A stretch of DNA of 32,000 nucleotides from Gemmata obscuriglobus (GTDB taxonomy: Bacteria > Planctomycetota > Planctomycetia > Gemmatales > Gemmataceae): assembly GCF_008065095.1 (NCBI RefSeq), contig NZ_CP042911.1, positions 7,440,001-7,472,000 on the forward strand. Reading direction: 5' to 3'. Under the pieces are notes generated by a model that saw only the letters and a list, made by a program, of their open reading frames with translations, made no database searches and was not told the origin of the DNA. Positions 25,783 through 32,000 of the stretch are shown here, piece by piece (position 1 is the stretch's first letter; each line of letters begins with the position of its first letter). A program made the position numbers and the translations under genes.

Positions 25783-27412
25783 ATGAGCACACCGCGTTTC
25801 ACGGCCGAGGAACTCGACCGCCTTCGAGCACTGGCGGCGGAGTGGGGCAAAATCGTTTCCAAGCGGGCGTTCGGGGACGACGGGCCGGGATTGGACGTGG
25901 ACTTCCGGACGATGGAGCAGATCGCCACCGCGGCGGCACAAGGGCTCACCGAAGGTGCCCTCCAGCAGATGCTCCACCAGCAGGCCCGGAAGGTGCCCGA
26001 ACAGGTTCCGTGTCCGGTGTGTGGCGAGCCGTGCCCGACCCGACCACACACCCGCACCCTGGCGGCCCAAGGGGCCACGGTTCAACAGGCCGAACGGATC
26101 GCCCATTGTCCCGCCTGCCGGCGGGACTTTTTCCCCCCTGCGGCTGGCCCTCGGGCTGGATGAGCACGGGTACAGTTCCTCGGTCGTTCAACGCATCGTC
26201 ACGGCCGCCGCCCGGTTCTCCTCGTTCCGGGATGCCGCCGAGGCGGTGCGGATGACCGGGGTCACGATCAGCGACAACCAGGTGCGCCGACTGGCTCACG
26301 AGGTCGGGCACGAGTTGATCGCGCGGCGCGATCGGAAGGCGGTCGAGCACCGGCGCCGCCAGTTAGAGCCGCGGACCGCGGTGGTGCCCGTGGCCGTGGT
26401 GGTCGAGGTCGATGGGGGGCGCATCCGCACCCGCGCCGCGGGCGCCGGCCCGGGTGTTCACGAGGCCCAGAACAAGGAGGACAAGGTGGCGTGCCTGGCC
26501 ACCCTGAGTGGCCCCACGTTCGCCACGGACCCGTGCCCCGAGCCGCCCGAGTCGTTCCGCTGCCCGCGCCGGGTGCGGCGCCTGGTGCAGCAGATGAAGG
26601 GCCCGGCGGGCGAGGTCGCGCCCCCGGAAACCGTGGACGAATCGACGCCCCCGGTGCCGGCCGGGGAACCCGAAGGGGCCGAGCGGTGGTCCCCGACGCG
26701 GTTGGTGCGGACGTGCGTGGCGAGCCTGGAGGGGAGTACCGCGTTCGGCCCGATGATGGCCGCCGAGGCCCAGGAGCGGCGCTTCTATGAGGCCCCGCGT
26801 CGGGCGTTCGTAGCCGACGGTCAGGCGTACAACTGGACCATCTGGCGCGGGTACTTTGGTGCGTTCGAGCCGATCGTGGATTTCCTGCACGCGGTGTGTT
26901 ACGTGTTCTCGTCGGCCGCGGCCGTGAGCCCCGATGAGGCGTCGGGTTGGTCCCAATACGTGGCCTGGATGCGCGCGTGCTGGCAGGGTCGCGTTGGAGA
27001 AGTGCTCACCGAACTGGATCAGTGGCAGGCGCGGCTGGGTGAGCCCCCACCGGGTGAGGCGGCGACGGCCGAGGAGCGCCGGGACCCGCGCCGGGTGGTG
27101 GCGCACGCGCGGACCTACTTGGGGAACAATCGGGATCGCGTGGCGTACCCGCGATACCGGCGCAACGGGCTACCGACGACGAGTAGCTTGGTCGAGTCAC
27201 TGGTGGGCGAGATCAACGCCCGGGTGAAGAGCACACAGAAGCATTGGACCCGGCCCGACGGTGCCGAATCGATCCTGCAACTGCGGGCCGCCGTGCTGAG
27301 CCAAGACGACCGGCTCCCACGGTTCTTCGCCGAACGGCCGGGCTCCTCGTTCCGCAAACGAGATACACTCTGCCACAAATCAGAGGGTGCCACAGCACAA
27401 ACCGTGGCGTGA
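25783..27412 (+). CDS. IS transposase, in two overlapping frames (25783..26163 and the +1 frame through 27412) joined at a T5C6 run
   Basis: The N-terminal frame reads [25 protein letters not shown]...CPVCGEPC...[12 protein letters not shown]... (zinc-finger-like CxxC pairs). The second frame reads [17 protein letters not shown]...[13 protein letters not shown]...[11 protein letters not shown]...[13 protein letters not shown] (candidate D, D, E residues). The stop lies inside the right TIR. Confidence 0.8.
26128..26138 (+). other. Homopolymer run TTTTTCCCCCC at the transposase frame junction
   Basis: Removing one C (or one T) fuses ...[10 protein letters not shown] to [10 protein letters not shown]... 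in a single frame. Confidence 0.6.
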
Positions 27413-27416
27413 CCTC
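27398..27416. repeat. IS right terminal inverted repeat
   Basis: CAAACCGTGGCGTGACCTC. Confidence 0.9.
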
Positions 27417-27425
27417 GTCGTCGCA
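27417..27425. repeat. Target-site duplication, right copy (GTCGTCGCA)
   Basis: Identical to 25675-25683. Confidence 0.85.
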
Positions 27426-27743
27426 CGCCTGCCTTACGTACTCGGGCCGGCCGCTGATGGCCCAGTACGCCGGGTCGTCCTTCTTGCGCACGTTGCCGAA
27501 CTTGGTGGCCAGGAACACCTCGTCCCGGCGCGGCTTGATCGTCCGGCCGACGAGTTCCTCGTTGTCACCGATCCCGTACATGTCGGCGGTGTCGAGGAAC
27601 GTGACCCCGAGGTCCAGCGCGCGGAGCAGTGTGGCGGCGGATTCGGCGTCGTCCCGTGCTCCGTAGAATTCGCTCATCCCCATGCAGCCGAGCCCCATTC
27701 GGGAAACGACCGCGCCTTGTGACCCGAGCTTCACCTTGTCCAT
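27417..27743 (-). pseudogene. Aldo/keto reductase, N-terminal 109 codons (gene split by IS insertion)
   Basis: [84 protein letters not shown]...[11 protein letters not shown]. The frame then reads into the IS. Confidence 0.9.
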
Positions 27744-27980
27744 GTGCGCGTCCTGTCGGTTCGGCCGGGCGACATCGGACAGTATTGCTGCGGAGCGGGA
27801 GCCTTACAGCCAATGTGCCCCGGTGCGCCGCACACGCTAATTCAGACCCACTCGCCAGACCATATTGACGACCTCTGACAAAGCGCTGGCATCAAGTTAG
27901 CAACATGTAAATCGAGCCGGCCCCGCGACGGTGCCGGACGGCCCTTCGGGTTGGTGTCCCATTCGATCGGAGTGGCCCGC

Positions 27981-28352
27981 TCAGTTGTTCGAGAAGTCGT
28001 CTCTCCAGCGCCAGCGATGCTCCTCCGTTTTGCCACTCATTGCCGTCTTGACGTGGTGCTGCAGTTCGGGCGGGACGGTCGCCTCGATCAGTCGGTCCGC
28101 AATGGTTTCGAGCACCACCTGGGGCATGTCGAGCAGTCGCAAGGTGGCCCCGGCCTCCCGAAGTTGTTGGCACACCCAGGTGAGCAGCAGCAGCGCTTCG
28201 CCGGTGAACGACGTGACCCCCGAGCAGTCCAGTGCGGGTTGGCACCGGGGATCGGTTTGGAGGGCGAGCAGCGCTTCACGCGTGGCGTGGAGCAATTCGG
28301 GCACGCCCACCCGGCCGCGAAGTACGAACACGTTGGACGGTGGTTCGGGCAT
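27981..28352 (-). CDS. STAS domain protein (anti-sigma-factor-antagonist / MlaB-like), orphan
   Basis: MPEPPSNVFVLRGRVGVPELLHATREALLAL...ALDCSGVTSFTGEALLLLTWVCQQLREAGATLRLLDMPQVVLETI follows the STAS pattern. An alternative upstream start lies at 28436. Confidence 0.6.
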   Translation of the reverse strand: MPEPPSNVFVLRGRVGVPELLHATREALLALQTDPRCQPALDCSGVTSFTGEALLLLTWVCQQLREAGATLRLLDMPQVVLETIADRLIEATVPPELQHHVKTAMSGKTEEHRWRWRDDFSNN

Positions 28353-28816
28353 ATCAACTGGTTCTCGTGACCGATCAATGGCCGAATCGCGCCCACACGT
28401 GATCAGAGCGTTGCCCCGCGGAACCCGTGCGCTCACGGGCGTGCGTGCCGCGGGGCCGAGCCCGGACTGGAACTAGAATTCTGCGAATCCGTTGCCGCCT
28501 AGCGAATCGAGGTTGTGGTTGTGGCAGTTCGACGTTCGATCGCCCCAACCGCAACGCGTGTCGAGCACCTTCGTGACCGCCGCACGGGATTTGCTGCAAG
28601 CCATATTCTTCCCTGCCCGTACCGGGTCCACGTGCGAGTTTCAACCGACCGACACGGTTGCGGAACGGGGCCGCCGGGTCTATCAGCGCGTGAGCGGCGG
28701 CGACCGCCTCCCCGATCCGATCCGCCTTCCGCCGGGTGGCACAGCTTACACGGGAAACGACCTCGTTGACCTGATCAACGGCGGCGGACCAATTCGGTGC
28801 CCACTTCCACCTTTAT

Positions 28817-29263
28817 TCACCGACCTGGGATCAGCTCCTTGATTTCCTTGGCGATATGGACCTTGTTGCGAGGTCCGGGAGAGTTGTGGCCCTGGTCCGC
28901 CGTGCGGGCTCCGCGCCCAGGATCGCGTTGCGCGTGCGATGCAGCGTCACTCACCGCCGGCTTGTTGCGGGTATTTCGCCCCGCCCGCGTGTCGGACGAT
29001 GAGTGCCGTGCGGGCGGTCACTTACATTTGGCTGCGTAATCCTCCCCGATCCGGCGACCGCAATCAGCGCGATATGCCCCGGAACTGAGTCCGGTCCTGG
29101 ACGACACCTTCAGGTTGCGGAACCAGTTCATGGCGTTGCCTTGAGGGCCGGGAGAATGGATGCGCCCCTCCGCACCCGGGCATCCGACCACGGGTAAGGC
29201 GGGCGGGTGCTGCGGTGCGCCCTGAAGAAGCCGCGCCGCCGACCCGCGCGGGTCAATAACTAT
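28817..29263 (-). pseudogene. Remnant of an rve-type (IS3-family-like) integrase C-terminus with an in-frame TGA
   Basis: ...IVIDPRGSAARLL...GRIHSPGPQGNAMNWFRNLKVSS...EDYAAKCK*PPARHSSSD... resembles ...SD.GS.....GI..S..G...DNA.ME.FF..LK.E....YN..RPHSSL. There is no N-terminal part and no start codon. Confidence 0.35.
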
Positions 29264-29334
29264 CGTTGACAGAGCGCAAGTTTTTGCCAGTTTGACACGC
29301 GTAAGTTTTTCCTGCATAGGATGAGGTACACAAC

Positions 29335-29978
29335 GAGTTGGCCCACATGGGCCAACTCGACTCACGGGACCGTTTTCAGTTCCGGCGCCTTCCTGACCTG
29401 CGTCCTTTGACCGGGATGGACCGCTGGTCTCGTGCCGGGCACGAGCGGTCGAACCGCTCCCGGATCCGGATCTGCGGTAGCGGCTCCTCGATCCCATGGC
29501 GATCCGGGCGCACCCGTGCGCGGCTGGGGCACAAAAAGTCCGACGGGATTGGGGGGACAAGAGGAACAGGCGTTGGGGGGCAGTCGTGGCGGGTTCGGAA
29601 CCAAGATCCACGTCCGGGCGAACGGGCTCGGGTTGCCCGCCCGGGCACTGCGGAGCCCAGGTCCGGACGCCGACATCACTCACGCATGCCGAGGCACTGG
29701 TGCCGGGTGGCCGGCGGCGGCCGCTTTCATCGCCGACGAGGCTGCAGACGCCGGACTTCGTGGATGGCATCGCGACCCGCAGCGCCGCGGTGGTGATCCC
29801 GAGCGGCAAGAACCGGACCACGCGACGGGACATCGATACCGGCCGGTACAAGGACCAGGCCGAGCGGTTCGGAGCCAAGGTTCCGCAACACCGACGAGTT
29901 GCGACACGATGTGACGAAACCCCGCGCAACTTCCTAGCACGCGCTCACATCGTGCCCATCGTGATATTACTACGGTAG
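29335..29978 (+). pseudogene. Decayed IS5-family DDE transposase (several frameshifts and stops)
   Basis: Pieces lie in three frames: LLDPMAIRAHPCAAGAQK; ALGGSRGGFGTKIHVRANGLGLP; LTHAEALVPGG; FIADEAADAGLR; and AVVIPSGKNRTTRRDIDTGRYKDQAERFGAKVPQHRRVATRCDETPRNFLARAHIVPIVILL. Compare the canonical IDST.VRAHQHAAGA / GRSRGG..TKIH / ADKGYD / VIP...NR....D...YK.R..VE..F..LK.FRR.ATRYDK...NFLA. Confidence 0.65.
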
Positions 29979-29991
29979 CTGTCCACACGCA

Positions 29992-30603
29992 CTAGCCAGG
30001 AGTGGGCGGCGGAAGAGGGGCGTCCGGCACGGGGCTCGGCGGCACCACGATCGACCCGGCACTTTCTTCGCCCGGGGCGGGCACGGCGGGCGCGCTGGCG
30101 ACGCTCCCCGCCGTCTTACCGAGTACAATGATCGGCTTGATCTCACCGGTCGCCACGTCCAGCACGATGCACGTTTTCGGGTTGGCGCGGAACAGCGCGC
30201 CGGGGTTCGCGACGAGCGTGCGGCCGGTGCGGTGCTGCTCGCGGACGTGAGTGTGGCCGTAGAACACGTAATCGAAGAAGTCCGCGTTCTCCAACTGGCG
30301 CAACTGGTGCCGCTCGTGGCTGTGGACCCACGCGATGCGCTTGTCCCCGAGGGTCAGCGCGCCGAACGAGTCGTAGTGCGTACCGCCCACGTCCTTGATG
30401 GCGGTCGCGAGCCGATTTTTGTCTTTGTCCCAGTTGCCGAACACGAAGTGCGTGGGGACCGGTCGGAACACGCGAACCGTATCGGGCGACTCGATGTCGC
30501 CGCAATGCAAAATGAGCTCAACCTCCTGCTCCATCAGGAGGCGAACGGCTTCCGCGACCGCCTCCTGGCGGTCGTGGGTGTCGCTGACAACCCCGATCCG
30601 CAT
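29992..30603 (-). CDS. Metallophosphoesterase, YfcE/MJ0936 family, with Pro-rich C-terminal tail
   Basis: MRIGVVSDTHD...ELILHCGDI...VFGNWD...FYGHTHV...ANPGA are the metal-binding motifs. The tail reads APAVPAPGEESAGSIVVPPSPVPDAPLPPPTPG. Confidence 0.88.
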   Translation of the reverse strand: MRIGVVSDTHDRQEAVAEAVRLLMEQEVELILHCGDIESPDTVRVFRPVPTHFVFGNWDKDKNRLATAIKDVGGTHYDSFGALTLGDKRIAWVHSHERHQLRQLENADFFDYVFYGHTHVREQHRTGRTLVANPGALFRANPKTCIVLDVATGEIKPIIVLGKTAGSVASAPAVPAPGEESAGSIVVPPSPVPDAPLPPPTPG

Positions 30604-30672
30604 GGTTCCCCCGTTACGCCCCCGGTTCAACGCTTGCGCACTCTTTGTCTACCTTAACAAACTGTGCAGGTC

Positions 30673-30700
30673 GTGGGCAGTGGGCAGTGGGCAGTGGACA
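30673..30700. repeat. Tandem heptamer array (GTGGGCA x3 + GTGGACA)
   Basis: gtgggca gtgggca gtgggca gtggaca, in the intergenic region upstream of the phosphoesterase gene. No inverted partner was seen. Confidence 0.85.
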
Positions 30701-30802
30701 GGAAAACACGACGCGCCGATAATAACTCGCCGCATTTTCGGTTCCAGCGTAACGCCCGGTCCGCGGCCTTTCGGACGCGCACCGGCCGGGTATGTCGGAG
30801 AA

Positions 30803-32000
30803 TCACTTCTTCGTGGGGAACGCGATCGCGTTGAGGAGTTCGCGGTCCCGGTTACCGACGGCCTTCACCTTGTCGGGCTTCATCGCGAACGTCACCGCGA
30901 CCTGGTCGCCCTGGGGGCCGGCGAGCAGGTTGAAGCTCTGTACCACCGGCAGGTCCTCCATCTTACCCTCCGTGACGATCCGGTACAGCCAGCGGCCGTC
31001 CGGCGCGGAGGTCTCGGTGTCTTCCAGCAGGCGCGTCGGGGTCCAGCCCGGTGAGGCGTTCGCGGCCTTCTTGAACTCCTCCGCGGGGGTGTGCTTGCCC
31101 GCGGCCTCCTTCTTCCACGCGACCAGCGTCGCCTGGGCGACGAACTCGCCCTTGTCGAGCAGGCGCAGAACCAGGTGCTGGTCGGTCTGGCCGGTCACGT
31201 GCCAGTCGCGATGGTAGAGCAACTCGTAGCGGTTTTTTGGATCGGTGTGGCGGAGCAGTGCCAGTGCCGGGGGCACGTCCGTCTTCGGAACGGCCGCCAG
31301 CGCGACATCGCCCAGTTCCTTCGGCGGCGCCGCCAGCGCCTCGCGCTTCAGCACCACCGTGACGTCCACCTGCGACGCCGGCGCCACCGGCCCCTGGTCG
31401 CGGTCGTCCTTCTGCTTCCAGGTCAAACCGGTGACACGCTTCGCGGTCGTGTCGAAGGTGCCGGCGGCGCTGACCGTCAACGTCACCTTCGCGCCGTTCT
31501 CGATGCCTTCCGCCGTCCCTTCAATGGTGAACGTCGCGGCGCCGTTGGCGGCGGCGGTCAGTTTGCCCACCAGGGCGTTCTTCAGCAGCCCGTCGAACTG
31601 GCAGGCGGTCTGCGCCGCGGCCGGGGCGACGGCCCAGGTGTCGCCCACGTTCACGGCCTTGTTCGGCAGCAACCCCGCAAGACACTGCGGGTTAAAGTGC
31701 TCGGTCACGAGGTCGAGTTCGTCGCGGGTGAGCGGCCCGGCGGGGCTGAAGCAGAAGGTCCCGTCCGAGCCGCGCGCCGCGATAATGAGCCGCCGGTCGG
31801 CCGGCAGCGCCCGGTCGGACCGCTCGGACGCGACCACCGCCGACGCCCCCGCCCCTTCGTAGTAGCGCACGGACCGCACGGGGAGCCCGTCCGCGGCGCT
31901 CAGCGTGCGCTCGGCGAACGTGTGCCGGGCCTTGGCCGCCAGCCGCACCTCCTCCTTCGCACCCTCCTGTGTGACGATCAGCTTTCCCGCGAGGTCGAAC
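30803..32000 (-). CDS. Hypothetical protein; the 5' end probably lies beyond the window
   Basis: The frame is open from the window edge to the stop at 30803 and has high GC3. A GTG at 31948 is a possible internal start. No recognisable family (…TWKQKDDRDQGPV…YHRDWHVTGQTDQHLVLRLLDKGEFVAQATLV…). Confidence 0.65.
   Translation of the reverse strand, partial: FDLAGKLIVTQEGAKEEVRLAAKARHTFAERTLSAADGLPVRSVRYYEGAGASAVVASERSDRALPADRRLIIAARGSDGTFCFSPAGPLTRDELDLVTEHFNPQCLAGLLPNKAVNVGDTWAVAPAAAQTACQFDGLLKNALVGKLTAAANGAATFTIEGTAEGIENGAKVTLTVSAAGTFDTTAKRVTGLTWKQKDDRDQGPVAPASQVDVTVVLKREALAAPPKELGDVALAAVPKTDVPPALALLRHTDPKNRYELLYHRDWHVTGQTDQHLVLRLLDKGEFVAQATLVAWKKEAAGKHTPAEEFKKAANASPGWTPTRLLEDTETSAPDGRWLYRIVTEGKMEDLPVVQSFNLLAGPQGDQVAVTFAMKPDKVKAVGNRDRELLNAIAFPTKK

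Larger units (their letters stand above)
25684..27416 (+). mobile_element. Insertion sequence, 1733 bp, DDE transposase (resembles proteins annotated ISKra4 family; family assignment unverified)
   Basis: Perfect 19-bp terminal inverted repeats: GAGGTCACGCCACGGTTTG at 25684-25702 and its reverse complement at 27398-27416. A 9-bp direct repeat flanks the element. A single transposase reading unit fills it. The insertion interrupts an otherwise intact AKR gene. Confidence 0.9.

Noticed and set aside
25684-26106. N-terminal 141 codons (25684-26106) of the 365-aa (-) ORF 25009..26106
   Set aside because: This is read-through from the AKR C-terminal fragment into IS DNA, antisense to the transposase. 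The true AKR N-terminus is at 27417..27743.
28745-28765. TGGCAC hexamers (also near 6197, 19446 and 27384 minus) as possible sigma-54 -24 elements
   Set aside because: None is followed by a GC-containing -12 element (TTGC) at the required 5-nt spacing, and most lie inside coding sequence.
28375-28842. 116-aa (+) ORF 28492..28842 and the open minus-strand frame covering 28375..28822 (includes the 89-aa ORF 28375..28644)
   Set aside because: Both frames have similar GC3. Neither has a convincing start codon, Shine-Dalgarno sequence or recognisable motif. The minus frame reads more protein-like (...AAVDQVNEVVSRVSCATRRKADRIGEAVAAAHALIDP...) but lacks any start. I treat the stretch as probable decayed sequence.
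29264-29929. N-terminal 222 residues (29264-29929) of the 303-aa (-) ORF 29018..29929
   Set aside because: Only the last ~80 codons resemble an integrase. The rest is antisense to the IS5-like remnant and is Arg/Ser/Pro-rich.
29265-29985. Possible terminal inverted repeats of the IS5-like remnant (GTTGACAG at 29265 versus CTGTCCAC at 29978)
   Set aside because: Only 7 of 8 nt match and there is no target-site duplication. That is too short to distinguish from chance.

Overview
High-GC (about 65-70% by eye) bacterial chromosomal segment. The gene content points to Planctomycetota, probably Gemmataceae: a DUF1501 + PSCyt/DUF1549/DUF1553 gene pair, a TIGR02996-type N-terminal domain protein, a CotH protein, and many long antisense shadow ORFs typical of high-GC DNA. 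This lineage call is inference from domain content.

Gene content, left to right:
- a truncated enolase-superfamily gene, which the ORF track misses;
- a polytopic membrane protein;
- DUF1501 and a roughly 990-aa PSCyt/discoidin/PSD1 protein, separated by a RAYT-like HUH tyrosine transposase bracketed by a perfect 27-bp inverted repeat;
- CotH and glycyl-tRNA synthetase, the latter carrying a low-GC in-frame patch;
- a TIGR02996 protein followed by an in-frame post-stop duplicate of its C-terminal module;
- a small secreted protein;
- a stand-alone DnaJ-type zinc-finger mini-protein;
- a chaperone supercluster groEL1-groES-groEL2-dnaJ-grpE, with no dnaK, hrcA or CIRCE seen;
- two tiny zinc-ribbon genes (FmdB-like and yacG);
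- a NYN/YacP-like gene, a roughly 14-repeat TPR protein and a sigma-54-dependent response regulator;
- a DUF3500 protein and a small secreted Tyr/Pro-rich protein;
- an aldo/keto reductase gene cleanly split by a 1733-bp IS element (19-bp perfect TIRs, 9-bp TSD, transposase frameshifted at a T5C6 run);
- a lower-GC stretch with an orphan STAS gene and decayed IS3-like and IS5-like transposase remnants;
- a YfcE-like metallophosphoesterase and a partial hypothetical gene.

The non-coding DNA is unusually structured. There are several 24-37-bp perfect hairpins, each with a different sequence. There is also a set of intergenic elements built from short tandem 7-9-nt units arranged as inverted arms.

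I saw no tRNA, rRNA or CRISPR array. I found no obvious complete novel multi-gene system. The most unusual items are the mobile-element events, the structured intergenic elements and the chaperone-cluster peculiarities. All family assignments come from motif recognition by eye; no searches were run.
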